Shown here: positions 1 through 11,910 of the stretch, piece after piece
Layout: the number at the start of each line of letters is the position of its first letter
How positions within the stretch are numbered: position 1 is the stretch's first letter
Origin: Eledone cirrhosa
Lineage: Eukaryota
Reading direction: 5' to 3'
Length of the DNA: 64,000 bases
Assembly (NCBI GenBank): GCA_964016885.1
Contig: OZ024744.1
Coordinates: forward strand, 88,102,001 to 88,166,000
Notes under the pieces: model-generated
Told to the model about the DNA's origin: nothing
What the model saw: the letters and a program-made list of their open reading frames with translations, nothing else
Database searches by the model: none
Made by a program: the position numbers and the translations under genes

Positions 1-3000
1 ACTTCTAAAGTGATACTTAAAGAAGGGAATCAATTGTTGTCCGGAGAGAAAGGCATATGTCCTCACACCTCTCAATCTCGTCCACCATATAACTTCTATC
101 ACCAGAGCCACCGTACAGAGAAACCACCTCTCTTTCGTTTTTGAAAGAGGCTGGCGGTTTGATCCTTACTATGGACCTCGGCAGTCAACTGGATTTGTCC
201 CATACGCGACAGCAGTTGTTCTGCATAATTCCACAGATCGGTTACGCCCGGGCAGTGTACAATTGCGTGCCGGGCTGTTTCAATGTCCTGCGCGCATCTT
301 GGACTCGTCCTCTTCGAGGGATCCCTGCCGGGGCATCCGTGCCTGTAGATCTTGTCACGAACCGGAAGAGCTCCTCGGTAGCACTGCCAGGTCAGGGAGC
401 TCTGGAAGTTGTCCATACGTCCCGGGCGGAAAGTCCTACCAAACAGACTGGTGAGCTCATCGTCTTCGACGCCCAGAGTCTCTCCGAGAGCACGTCGTCG
501 CCCTTGTAACGTACAATCCCTCTATAGAATGTCGAAGTGGAGTTCCCACTGATTGCTGCGCCCGCTTTCCAGAGGACTGTGAGAGCCTGAGCGCATTCAA
601 TGTGCCAGGCGCCCATCGTTTTCGGTCTTTTCTTGACCCAGGACTGCAGCTCCGTCAGCGAGACGAGCTATGGGAAAGCCTGTCTCACAAACGGTGCACA
701 CACAGGTTGGGGGTCAGTGAGGAATACCTGGAGATGTCGCAGACTCAGCGCAGGTTTGCGCATCATCAGCCATGGCATTCCCAGCCCTCCGTTGGAAGGG
801 TGCTGACAGCAGACGGATCTTCTCACTAGCGGATCCTGCTTCTTCCACAGAAACTGGAAGAGCATGCGTTCCATGTTGGCGAGGTGTTGACGGGGCCAAG
901 GCATGACAGTCAAGCGGTAGTAGATGACGGACGCTATGAAAGTGTTCGCCACCTCCGCTCGACCTTTCAAGGACAGTTTGCCCTCTGCCCACTTCTGGGT
1001 GAGTGCAAACACCTTGGCCGTGACCTCGTTCCAGTTTTTCTCAACCTGGAGGTCTGGACCAAACCAGATCCCGAGCAATTTTACCGGTCCGTCCGTCCAG
1101 CGTCTAACGACGCTGTCGGACGTCATCGGTTTGCCTCTCCACGTACCGAGTTGTAAACCGACAGACTTGTGCGGGTTTAGTTTTGCTCCCGTCAACGTTT
1201 CGTATTCTTTCAGTAAATTGCCGATCACCCCGATTTCCGAATGTACTCGACACCATTACCGTCACGTCGTCGGCATAAGCCGACGCTGCTTTGCGCAGTC
1301 CCGGTTCTAGAGAGATGCCCTGCAACAGCTCCAATTTCCGCAGTAGTGGCTCTAGAGTCAATATATACAGAATGGAGGAGAGAGGGCACTCCTGTCGAAT
1401 GGAACGCGTGATTGCGAACGGCTCCGATAGGTAGCCGTTCACCTTGACCCTCGAGCAGATATTGGTGTGCATCGCCTCGATCCAGCCTCTGAACACGGCA
1501 CCGAAACCGGCCGCCTTGAGAACCGCTTCCAAGTATCGATGGTCGACCCTATCGAATGCCTTAGACTGATCCAAATTGATCAGAGCCCCACCGAAGCCGG
1601 GTTTACTACCCACCCTCTCTATGATGTATTGCATGAGGTGGAGGTTGTCGTGTATGGATCTGGTCGGGATTGCACACGTTTGCGCTTTCCCTACCAGGTT
1701 CTCGACGACAAGCGCCAACCTCGTCGCTAGCACCTTGGCCAAAATCATTAACTCTGTGTTGAATAGAGTTATGGGCCTGAAGTTGTTAATTTCGTCTCCC
1801 TTGTTCTCGTCTTTCCTGATCAGCGTTACTACGCCCTTGCCTGCAGAACTGGGAATTCTCCCGTTCTGCTGCCAATTGCAGTAGACGGCTTCGAGGGCGC
1901 CAGAGAACAAGTCCGTCATGCCTATGTAAAACTCATAGGGTAGACCATCTAGACCGGGTGACTTGCGTTTCCCGCAGCGGCCCAGAGCGTCCCATATCTC
2001 AGTGTCCGTGATTAGTCTATTGCAGAACTCGGCGTCCGTGTTCGAGAGACGCGGCAGGCCGTCGAGGTATGAAGTAAAGTCCATTTCCCCGTTCGTCTCA
2101 CCGTCGTTCTACTCAAACAATCGCTCAAAGTGCTGCTAAAAGGCCGCGCACATTTGCTTGGGGTCAAGTAGCACGCGTCCGTTTTGATCTTTCAAAGACC
2201 GAATCGTGGACTTGTTGCCACTTTTTGCCGCCGCCACTCGGGGCCAGCTGACAGCTTTCGCTCCTTCGTTTCCTACAGCACGTGTTTTGCTTTTGACCAC
2301 GGAGCCTTCGTGTTTCGCATCGAAGAACTTATCCAGTGCCGTTCTCGACGCTAACACTCTAGCCGCATTTCCACTTCTAAGTGCCCTCTCTACCTTGGCT
2401 ATTAGTTCTCATTCTAGTTTGTTTTTTTCTAAGGCTAACTCTCTGCTAAACCCTATCGATTCTATTCTAATTGCTTTCTTGAGAAAGTACCACCATTTAT
2501 TGTTGACGATGGCTCCTGTTAACTATTGCTTGACTAGTCTACTTATCCGTTCACTGTAAGCTTTACATGCGGGCAACGACACGTTCAGCTTCCAGTATCC
2601 GCTCCTTGTTTATGTGTTCTATCACGGTTGAATAAGCAGACGACTAATTTGTGATCTGAATAGGCAACCATGTGCATTCCTGGACAGCTTAACATCTGCT
2701 TGTCCCTTTCTCTAATAAAGAACCTATCTAAATACGATCTAGATGTCCCGCTGAGGTTTTCCCACAACCACTGTGGTGCAGTCGAGAAATCCAGTCGATA
2801 CCTATCGGCCAGTTAACGGCTTGAGGCTGTTGCACCCCCCTCTACTGGGACATGCTCCCACATAGTCCCATCGTGCATCTAGGATACCATTCCAGTCCCC
2901 AAATAAAAGTAAGGAGCGAGACGTTCCCAGAAAAGACTCTAGACGCTTATAGAAGTCTGGCCGTAATTGCGATTGCTCGGTCGGGGCATAAACGGCCACC

Positions 3001-3321
3001 AGTCTGAAGGCTCTACCTCCAATACTGTTCACGTCTAGGACTACCAGTCTACCCTCCGGGTCCAAGTGTATTTGCTGTACTTCGACGTCCAGGTTCTTCC
3101 GAAACATGACAGCCACTCCCTCTCCACCTCCTGGCTGACAGAGATGCGTAGATCTCAAAGTCGTCGAAGATGGGGGATAGTTGCTGCCTGTTGTGGATCC
3201 TGGACTCGGTGATGGCTATCACATCCATACTGTGTGACCTAAGGTCGTTTAAAAGTTGGCCCTGTTTCCAGAGCATCACTAGGCGACGCACATTCACGCT
3301 TCCAACTCGTAAACTAGCCAT
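1..3321 (-). pseudogene. Disrupted ORF2 (endonuclease/reverse transcriptase) of E1
   Basis: ORF pieces 3049-3363, 2802-3158, 2585-2767, 2136-2357, 1104-2084, 668-1228, 392-616 and 99-416 are collinear with the intact ORF2 at 8449-11910. Confidence 0.92.
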
Positions 3322-3363
3322 GTTGGTGGAGAAGACGTTGGCGAAAAGGACGAAAAGGTGCAC

Positions 3364-5146
3364 TTACCTTTCCGTTTCCTGGAGATCGGGTTGTTCAATC
3401 TCCATTTCAGTTCTGGTGGGGGTGTTGGGTGGTGTGAGGAAACATGTTAATAAGACGCGGTTAATAGGTTTGTGACAGGGGTTGCCAACATCCTGCGAAA
3501 ACTGTTTTTTTCAATTCCTGATAGGTTTCTATCGAAACTATTAATAGTTTTAGGTGTGGAGACGATTCTGCTTTGACGAAAGTTTTGCCCTCCGTCTCCA
3601 CCTTGGGGTTTGGGGAGATGACCTCCATCAAACTCTTGTTGTGTGTGTTGATGTATGCGTATTGTTGTTTTTGTTTTGGTTGTGTTGTTTTAGTTTGTTG
3701 TTCGTCGGTGAGTTTTCTTTTTTTGTGTTTGTGATGGTGTTTGTTTAGTTGGTAGGGGGAGGTTTGCTTGTGGTGCTGTTTGTGTTGTTCTTTGTGTCTG
3801 TGGTTGTGTGTTGTTGTTGGTGATTGGAGTTTTGGGGGTTTTTGTGGTGTCTCTTTTTTGGCTTTTTAGATTTCCAAGGCTCCTCTTCTTCACTTAAAGA
3901 AGGAGAAGCAGCCTCATCTGTTGATGAATAATCATCATCAGGAGTGTGGGGTAGGGGTATGTTGTGTGGTGATGGTGGTTCGGTGTGTGTGTTTGTGGTA
4001 GTGTTTGATGGGGTGGGATGGGGTCGGATTGTATCCTTCAAGGGGTGCTGTCTGTGTTTTTTCTCTTGTTTGTGGTTGAGTTTGGGTGTGTTTACTTTTT
4101 TGTGTGTTGTTGTTGTGGTGGTGGTGGTGGTGGTGGTGATTGTTTTGGTGTTGGTGTTGGTAAAAGTACTTTTATTTTTAAGATTTATTTGTAAATGGCA
4201 GGAGGCTTTTAGGTGTGATGTGCTTCCACATTGAAAACAGTGTGGCTATCCGCCTCCAGTTACGATGTTGATGTAGTTCTGGTTGTAGACCAGACTCTTT
4301 CGGGGATTTTGGAAATTCTTTCTGGTGTCATCTGTATCAGAATTTCCAAATATGTCCCTGGCCACCTTTGTCTTGTCGACTTCCTGACCGAAAGAATTAT
4401 ATCACTTTCTGGCTCTATAAAACCTGCCAAGTTCCACCAAATGATGCTTGGTGGTATATTATTTATTTTAAATTTTTGTGTTCTTTTTCCCATGTAAGTA
4501 GGGAAAAAGGTGTGTGTTTTTGCGATGACTGGTGTAACAGAATATTTTGTGCGAGGGCCTCGCTTTTAAAAAGTACCGAAATACTTCCATATAGCCTGGC
4601 CCTCTGCATAAAATCAATGTCCGGCGGAGCCTCTTTCAAGGTGGTTTCAATTTCCCCTTGACTGAGGAATACCGGTTTTTTCGTTTGATTTGAAACAGTT
4701 CTGAAGGTTACTGTCCTTTGAACTGTTTCTCGTTTAATTTGCAAGGGTGAGTTTATATGAAACCCACCCTTTTCTTCAAAGGTTATGAATTGTTTTGCAT
4801 CGGTCAACATTTGTTTTGTTTGGAGTTGCTTATGTCGATGTGTTTGTACTGTTTTATTTATCACAGTCTGTGCGAATGCTGTTTTTTCAATTTTGTTGTT
4901 GATGTTGGGTTTTTCGTGTGTTGTTGTGTCAATTGTTTTAATTTCGGCATTTTCTGTATTTTTTGGTGTCTGTTGTGGGCTGTTATTTTCATCTTTTGTT
5001 GTGTAAATATCTATTTCTTTACGAAACGAAGTTTTGTTGTTGTTTGTCTCCATCGATACTTCTATATAAATAGAGAGAAACATAACGATTATATCTCTCT
5101 CTTTCCCTCTCTGCTCGCTGTCTAGCGTTCGCTGTAAGTCACACAT
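3364..5146 (-). pseudogene. Disrupted ORF1 (gag-like nucleic-acid-binding protein) of E1
   Basis: TVTFRTVSNQTKKP..SQGEIE and RLYGSISVL match the intact ORF1. CCHC knuckle at ~4195-4240. C-terminus PINRVLL...MEIEQPDLQETER*. Confidence 0.85.
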
Positions 5147-5348
5147 TGTTAAAGTTAGGAAAATATTTAAAACTTGTCAATTTATTAAATTAAATGTCTG
5201 CCCCTGTGGGGCGAAAACAACGATTGCCGCCCAGCTGACAATTCAGCCTGGGTGTTAATCTAGCAAATAATATAAATGTTTACACAATAAATTCTGTTTT
5301 TGTATAGAACATTTTACAAAAACTTACCAACGATCTACCGCACGTGCT

Positions 5349-5427
<79 letters not shown>
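5349..5427 (+). repeat. (GATA)n microsatellite between E1 and E2
   Basis: Pure TAGA repeats, seen directly. Confidence 0.98.
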
Positions 5428-7727
5428 TAATTATTTATTAGCCACAGGGGCACAAAAGAAGGGGACAAGTACAAAGGGGGAAGTTTACATACCATAAAAA
5501 CGTGTAAAATGTTATCACAAATGGAATTTAAAAAGTTAGTCGATTTTCCCCAATAGAGGGAGACAGTTTATATGGGTAACACATACCCCCGAAAAAAAAT
5601 GTGCAACCCTCATCTCCAGGAGTACGAAGAGTTTGTACTCCTTTCCTCTCCTCCTCCTTTTCCTCAACCTACAGGCTGATATAGAGAGAAGGCCCATTCA
5701 CTCGGGCCCATTCTCGCCACTTTCACCCACCTTTCATAAAACTTTCTGGGGTACAGCACCTCTCTCTCCATCCTGATTCTTCTTCCAAAGTGGTATTTGA
5801 AAAAAAGAATCAGTTGTTAGCCGGAGAGAAAGGTCTCTGACCTCAGCCCTTTCAACCTTGTCCACCATACAACCTCTTTCGCCATAGCTATCACACAAAG
5901 GAAAACCGCCTCTCCTTCGTTTTTGAAGGAGGGTGGCGGTTTGATCATGACAATGGACTCGGTGGTCAACTGGATTGGTCCCACCTGCGACAATAGTCGT
6001 TCTACATAGACCCACAGGTTAGTGAAGCCTGGGCAGTGTATGAATGCGTGCGCGACGGTTTCTTCGTCTCGCACGCACCTCGGACAGATCTTTTTTGCAG
6101 GGTCCCTGCCCGGGCGCCCATGTCTGTAGAGCTTGTCTCGAACTGGTAGAGCTCCTCGGTAGCACTGCCAGGCCAGGGACTTTTGGAAGTTGTCCATCGG
6201 TCCCGGGCGGAAGGTCCTACCTAACAGACTGGCCAGTTCATCTTCCTCTACGCCTAGAGTTTCACCGAGCGCGTCGTCGCATTTGCTGCGGACCAACCCT
6301 CTATAGAATGACGAAGTGGAGTCTCCACTGATCGCCGGGTCCGCCTGCCAGAGGGCTGTGAGCGCCTGAGCACATTCGATGTGCCAGTCGCCCATTTTCC
6401 TCGGTCTTTGTTTGACCCAGGACTGCAGCTCGGTCAGCGAGACGAGTCGTGGGAAGGCTCACCTCACGAACGGGGCCCACACCGGTTGTCCGGTGAGGAA
6501 TACGTAGAGATGCCGCAGCCTGAGCGCGTGTTTGCGCATCGTCACCCACGGCATCCCCAGCCCTCCGTTAGAAGGGTGTTGGCAGCAGATGGATCTTCTC
6601 ACCAAAGGAGCCCGCCTCTTCCCAAGGAATCGGAAGAGCGCGCGCTCCATTTTGGCGAGCGCTTTGGCTGGACAAGGCACGATGGTCAAGCGGTAGTAGA
6701 TGGCGGACGCTATAAAAGTGTTCGCCACCTCCGCTCGACCTTTCAAGGATAGTTTGCACTCGGCCCACTTCTGGGTGAGTGCAAACACCTTGGCCGTCAC
6801 TTCGTTCCAGTTCTTCTCCACCTGGAGGTCCGGAACAAACCAGACCTCGAGTAGCTTTACCGGTCCTTCCGTCCAGCGTCCGACGACGCCATCGGAAGGC
6901 ATCGGTCTGCCTCTCCACGATCCGAGTTGCAAACCGATGGACTTGTCCCGGTTCAGCTTCGCTCCTGTGAGACTTTCGTATTCCTTCAGTAAGGTGCCGA
7001 CTTCCTCGATTTGCGAGGCGCTCGACACCATTACTGTCACGTCGTCGGCGTAGGCCGACGCCGCTTTCCGCAGTCCCGGTTCCAGAGGGATGCCCTGCAA
7101 TAGCTCCAGCTTCCGCAGTAGTGGCTCGAGAGTCAGTACGTACAGAAGGGAGGAGAGAGGACATCCCTGTCGAATGGATCGCGTAATATGGAACGGCTCC
7201 GAGAGGTAGCCGTTCACCTTGACCCTTGAGCAGATGTTGCTGTTGTGCATTGCAGCAATCCAGCCCCTGAACACGGGTCCGAAGCCTGCCGCCTCGAGCA
7301 CCGCATCCAAGTAACGATGGTCAACCCTATCGAAAGCCTTAGACTGATCCAAGTTGATCAGGGCCCCACCGAAGCCGGGTTTACACCCTACCCTCTCTAT
7401 GATGTATCGCATGAGGTGGAGGTTGTCGTGTATGGACCTGGTCGGGATTGCGCATGTCTGCGCTTCTCCCACCAGGTTCTCGACGACAAGCGCCAGCCTC
7501 TTTGCCAACACCTTGGCCAAAATCTATAACTCTGTGTTTAGCAGAATTATGGGCCGGAAGTTGCCTATGTCATCCCCCTTATTCTCGTCCTTCCTGATTA
7601 GTGTGACCACGCCCCCGGTTACAGAACTGGGAATTCTCCCGTTCTGTTGCCAGTTGCAGTAGATCGCTTCCAGGAGACCGGAGAATAAGTCCGGCATTGC
7701 TACGTAAAATTCGTAGGGTAGACCTAC
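5428..7727 (-). mobile_element. 5'-truncated Tx1-like LINE (copy E2, family B): RT C-half, CCHC and 3' UTR
   Basis: ORFs 6459-7520 and 5817-6395 (QGCPLS, YADD, CPRC..H...C) with one frameshift and one stop. The 3' UTR ends at AATAAA followed by (TATC)n. Flanked by GATA repeats on both sides. Confidence 0.93.
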
Positions 7728-7771
<44 letters not shown>

Positions 7772-8156
7772 TGTTTCTTTATTAGCCACAGGGGCACAAA
7801 AGAAGGGGACAAATACAAAGGGGGAAGTTTACATACAATAAAAACGTGTAAAATGTTATCACAAATGCAATTTAAAAAATTAGTCGATTTTCCCCAATAG
7901 GGGGAGACAGTTCATATGGGTAACACATACCCCCGAAAATATGTGCAACCCTCATCTCCAGGAGTACGAAGAGTTTTTACTCCTTTCCTCTCCTCCTCTT
8001 TTTCCTCAACCTACAGGCTGATAGAGAGGGAAGGCCTATTCACTCGGGCCTTTCTCGCCACTTTCACCCACCTTTCGTAAAACTTGCTGGGGTACAGCAC
8101 CTCTCTCTCCATCCTGATTCCTCTTCCAAAGTGGTATTTGAAAAAAAGAATCAGTT
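7772..8156 (-). mobile_element. ~385 bp 3'-terminal fragment of family B Tx1-like LINE (copy E3)
   Basis: Near-identical to 5435-5816; flanked by (GATA)n at 7728-7771 and 8157-8184. Confidence 0.92.
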
Positions 8157-8448
8157 GATAGATAGATAGATAGATAGATAGATATATTTCTTTTATTTGC
8201 CACTAGGGCATCAAAAGTGGGACAAGTACAAAGGGGGGAGTTTACACAAAAAGGCGTCCTCAATAAGGAGGAGGCAATAACAAAATATAAAAATAAAATA
8301 AGATATAACAAAAAATAAAATTTTTAACAAAATCCTCAATAGAGAGGAGGCGCCTTGGGGGGTCGCACACACCCCCGAAAAAAGTGTGCAACCCTTCTCC
8401 TCAGGAGCACAGAGAAGGGGTGCTCCCTTGGTCTTTCATCTTCCTCAC

Positions 8449-11400
8449 CTATAGTCTGATGTAGAGTGAAGGCCCATTCACACGGGCCATTCTCGCCACT
8501 TTCACCCATCTTTCATAGAAACGGCTGGGGTGCAGCACCTCTCTCTCCATCCTGATCCTTCTTCCGAAATGATATCGGAAGAAACGGACCAGTTGTTGGC
8601 CAGAGAGAAAGGTGCCCGACCTCAGTCCTTTCAGACGCGTCCACCATACAACCTCTTTCGCCATGGCTATTACGCACAGAAACACCGCCTCTGCTTCATC
8701 TTTGAAGGGGGGAGGCGGCTTGATCATTACAATAGACTCGGTGGTCAACCGGATCGGTCCCACCCTTGACAGCAGTTGTTCGACATAGCCCCACAGATCG
8801 GCTACGCCCGAGCAGTGTACTAATGCGTGTGCAACGGTTTCCTCGTCGCACACGCATCTGGGACAGATCTTTTTGGCGGGGTCCCTACCCGGGCGCCCGT
8901 GTCTGTAGAGCCTTTCTCGAACGGGTAAAGCCCCTCGGTAGCACTGCCAGGCCAGGGACTTCTGGAAGTTGTCCATAGGTCCCGGGCTGAATGTCCTACC
9001 GAACAGGCTGGCCAGTTCGTCCTCCTCCATGTCTAGGGCTTCTCCGAGGGCGTCGTCGCACCTGCTGCGTACCAGCCCTCTATAGAATGTTGCGGTGGAG
9101 TCTCCACTGATAACCGGATCCGCCTGCCAGAGGGCGGTGAGCGCCTGGGCACACTCAGTGTGCCAGGCGCCCAGTTTTCTCGGTCTTTGCTTGACCCAGG
9201 ATTGCAGCTCGGTGAGTGAGACGAGTCTGGGAAAGGTTCGTCTCACAAACGAGGCCCACACCGGTTGTCCGGTGAGGAATACGTAGAGGTGCCGTAGCCT
9301 TAATGCGTGTTTACGCATCATTAGCCACGGCATCCCCAGCCCTCCTTTCGAAGGGTGTTGACAGCAGATGGATCTCCTCACCATAGGAGCCCGCCTCTTC
9401 CAAAGGAATTGGAAGAGCGCGCGCTCCATCTTGGTGAGGGTTTCCCTTGGGCAGGGCACTACGGTCAGGCGGTAGTAGATGACGGACGCTATGTAGGTGT
9501 TCGCCACCTCCGCCCGGCCTTTCAGGGATAGTTTGCAACTGGCCCACTTCTGGGTCAGTGCAAACACCCTGTTCGTAACCTCCGCCCAGTTTTTCTCCAC
9601 CTGGAGGTCCGGTCCGAACCAGACCCCGAGCAACTTCACCGGGCCCTCCGTCCAGCGTCCGACGACGCTATCGGAGGGCATCGGTCTGCCCCTCCACGTG
9701 CCGAGTTGCAAACCGATCGACTTGTCCCGGTTCAGCTTAGCCCCTGTGAACTTTTCGTACTCCTCCAGTAAGGTGCCGACCGCCTCGATTTCGGAGGCCG
9801 TCGACACCATTACTGTCACGTCATCGGCGTAGGCCGACACCGCTTTCCGCAATCCCGGTTCCAAAGGGATGCCCTGCAACAACTCCAACTTCCGCAGTAG
9901 TGGCTCGAGAGTCAACACATACAGAAGGGAGGAGAGAGGGCACCCTTGTCGGATGGACCGCGCGATTTTGAACGGCTCCGAGAGGTAGCCGTTCACCTTG
10001 ACCCTAGAGCAGATGCGGCTGCTGTGCATAGCAGTGATCCAGCCCCTGAAAACGGGTCCGAAGCCTGCCGCCGCTAGCACCGCATCCAGGTAACCATGGT
10101 CGACCCTATCGAACGCCTTAGATTGATCCAAGTTGATCAGAGCCCCACCAAAGCCGGGTTCGTTCCCAACCCTCTCTATGATGTATCGCATGAGGTGGAG
10201 GTTGTCATGGATGGACCTGGACGGGATAGCGCATGTCTGCGCATCTCCCACCAGGTTGCCCACGACAAGCGCCAACCTCTTTGCTAGCACCTTGGCCAAA
10301 ATCTGTAACTCTGTATTTAGCAGTGTTATGGGCCTGAAGTTACTTATTTCGTCCCCCTTGTTCTCGTCCTTCCTCACTAGCGTGACTACGCCCTTGGTCA
10401 CAGTACAGGGAATTCTCCCGTTCTGTTGCCAGTTGCAGTAGACCGCCTCGAGGAGATCGGGGAACAAGTCCGGCATAGCTAGATATAATTCGTAAGGAAG
10501 ACCATCGAGACCCGGGGATTTGCGTTTGCCGCATTGGCTCAGCACGTCCTCTATCTCAGCGGCCGAAATCGGCTCTTCGCAGGACTTCGCCTCCCTGTCC
10601 GAGAGGCGCGGCAGGCCGTCGAGGTATGGACCGAAGTCCACGTTCCCAACCGGCTCCCCGCCCCTCCCGAACAGTCGGGCAAAGTGCCTTTGAAAGGCCT
10701 CACACATCTGCTTAGGCTCAAGAATCGCCCGTCCATCCAGGTCTCGCAAAGACCGGATGGTGGATTTAGTTCCACTGTTGGCCTCTGTCACGCGGGCCCA
10801 GCTAACAGCTTTGGTCCCCTCGTTCCCTAGAGCACGTATTTTACTTCGGACAACGCAGCCTTCGTGCTTCGCGTCGAAAAACTGGCTCAAAGCCGTTCTC
10901 GACGCTAGCACTCTGGCCACGTCGCCGCTTCTAATTGCCTCTTCTACTCTATCTATTAGCTCCCTTTCCTTCCTATTCCTATCCGCAGCTAGAACCTTAC
11001 TAAATTCTATCGAGACTACTCTAATCTCTCTCTTTAGAGATACCCACCACCTGCTGTTGACGATCGCTCCAGTCAACCGTTCCTTAACTAACGTACTAAT
11101 CCGATTCCTGTAGGCTCTACTTGCCGGCAAGGACAAGTTGAGCTTCCAGTAACCGGGGCCCTGTCTATGAGTTCTGTCAAGGTTGACCATGCAGGTCACT
11201 AATTTGTGGTCTGAATAGCCAACAATGCGCATTTTTGGACAACTTAAAAAGTCCTTATCCTTAATTCTAACTAAGAACCTATCTAGGTACGACCTAGATG
11301 ATCCGCTACGATTTGCCCAAGTCCAGGTTGGCGCAGTCGGAAAATCTAGTCGATATCTATCGGCCAGGTCAAATCGACCGATTAACCCTTTGAGGCTATT

Positions 11401-11910
11401 ACACCCCTCTCTATCGGGGCAGGCCCCTACGTAGTCCCAGCGTGCATCTAGGATACCATTCCAGTCCCCCACTAATAGCAAGGAGCGGGACGTCCCTAGA
11501 AAAGTCTCCAGACGATGGAAGAAGTCCGGCCGCATTGACCCGAAAGGGCCGTAGGCGGCTACCAACCTAAACGCTCCGCCTTTACCACTGCCAAGGTCCA
11601 GAACCACTAGTCGACCCTCCGGGTCCAAATGTACCATCTGTGTTGCGAGACCCAGATGTTTTTGCAGCAGAACGACAACTCCACCCCCACCTCCGGGCTG
11701 ACAGAGAGATGCGTGCATCTCAAAGTCATCAAAGGTGGGGGCCAGCTGTCGCACGTTGCTGATCCGGGCCTCGCAAATAACCATCACATCTATACGTTGT
11801 GACCTGAGGTCATTTAGAAGCATTGCTTGCTTCCAAGTTGAGCCCAGGCCACGCGCATTTAAACAGCCTACTCTTAGCATAGCCATGTTGGTGGTGAAGA
11901 GAAAAGGCAC
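8449..11910 (-). CDS. LINE ORF2p: AP-like endonuclease, reverse transcriptase and C-terminal CCHC (likely ATG at 11886)
   Basis: 1153 aa open frame. APE: LRVGCLNARGL, LVGDWN, RSYLDRFL, YSDHKLV. RT: KSPGLDGLP, NFRPITLLN, LDQSKAFDRVDH, QGCPLS, AYADDVT, LLGVWFG. C-terminal CPRCVCDEETVAHALVHC. Confidence 0.96.
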   Translation of the reverse strand: MPFLFTTNMAMLRVGCLNARGLGSTWKQAMLLNDLRSQRIDVMVICEARISNVRQLAPTFDDFEMHASLCQPGGGGGVVVLLQKHLGLATQMVHLDPEGRLVVLDLGSGKGGAFRLVAAYGPFGSMRPDFFHRLETFLGTSRSLLLVGDWNGILDARWDYVGACPDREGCNSLKGLIGRFDLADRYRLDFPTAPTWTWANRSGSSRSYLDRFLVRIKDKDFLSCPKMRIVGYSDHKLVTCMVNLDRTHRQGPGYWKLNLSLPASRAYRNRISTLVKERLTGAIVNSRWWVSLKREIRVVSIEFSKVLAADRNRKERELIDRVEEAIRSGDVARVLASRTALSQFFDAKHEGCVVRSKIRALGNEGTKAVSWARVTEANSGTKSTIRSLRDLDGRAILEPKQMCEAFQRHFARLFGRGGEPVGNVDFGPYLDGLPRLSDREAKSCEEPISAAEIEDVLSQCGKRKSPGLDGLPYELYLAMPDLFPDLLEAVYCNWQQNGRIPCTVTKGVVTLVRKDENKGDEISNFRPITLLNTELQILAKVLAKRLALVVGNLVGDAQTCAIPSRSIHDNLHLMRYIIERVGNEPGFGGALINLDQSKAFDRVDHGYLDAVLAAAGFGPVFRGWITAMHSSRICSRVKVNGYLSEPFKIARSIRQGCPLSSLLYVLTLEPLLRKLELLQGIPLEPGLRKAVSAYADDVTVMVSTASEIEAVGTLLEEYEKFTGAKLNRDKSIGLQLGTWRGRPMPSDSVVGRWTEGPVKLLGVWFGPDLQVEKNWAEVTNRVFALTQKWASCKLSLKGRAEVANTYIASVIYYRLTVVPCPRETLTKMERALFQFLWKRRAPMVRRSICCQHPSKGGLGMPWLMMRKHALRLRHLYVFLTGQPVWASFVRRTFPRLVSLTELQSWVKQRPRKLGAWHTECAQALTALWQADPVISGDSTATFYRGLVRSRCDDALGEALDMEEDELASLFGRTFSPGPMDNFQKSLAWQCYRGALPVRERLYRHGRPGRDPAKKICPRCVCDEETVAHALVHCSGVADLWGYVEQLLSRVGPIRLTTESIVMIKPPPPFKDEAEAVFLCVIAMAKEVVWWTRLKGLRSGTFLSGQQLVRFFRYHFGRRIRMEREVLHPSRFYERWVKVARMARVNGPSLYIRL

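Larger units (their letters stand above)
1..5348 (-). mobile_element. Tx1-like (L1 clade) non-LTR retrotransposon, 5'-complete but decayed (copy E1); 3' end lies outside the window
   Basis: Frameshifted ORF2 fragments: APE (SLRVGSVNV, LFGDWN, SYLDRF, YSDHKLV), RT (KSPGLDGLP, LDQSKAFDRVDH, AYADDVT) and a C-terminal Cys/His motif. ORF1 remnants 3364-5146 include CFQCGSTSHLKASC. The 5' end abuts (GATA)n. Confidence 0.93.

Noticed and set aside
141-11434. Recurrent plus-strand ORFs (e.g. MIRAPPKPG..., ATSARPFKDS...)
   Set aside because: Antisense shadows of the conserved LINE ORF2; they recur only because the LINE is repeated.
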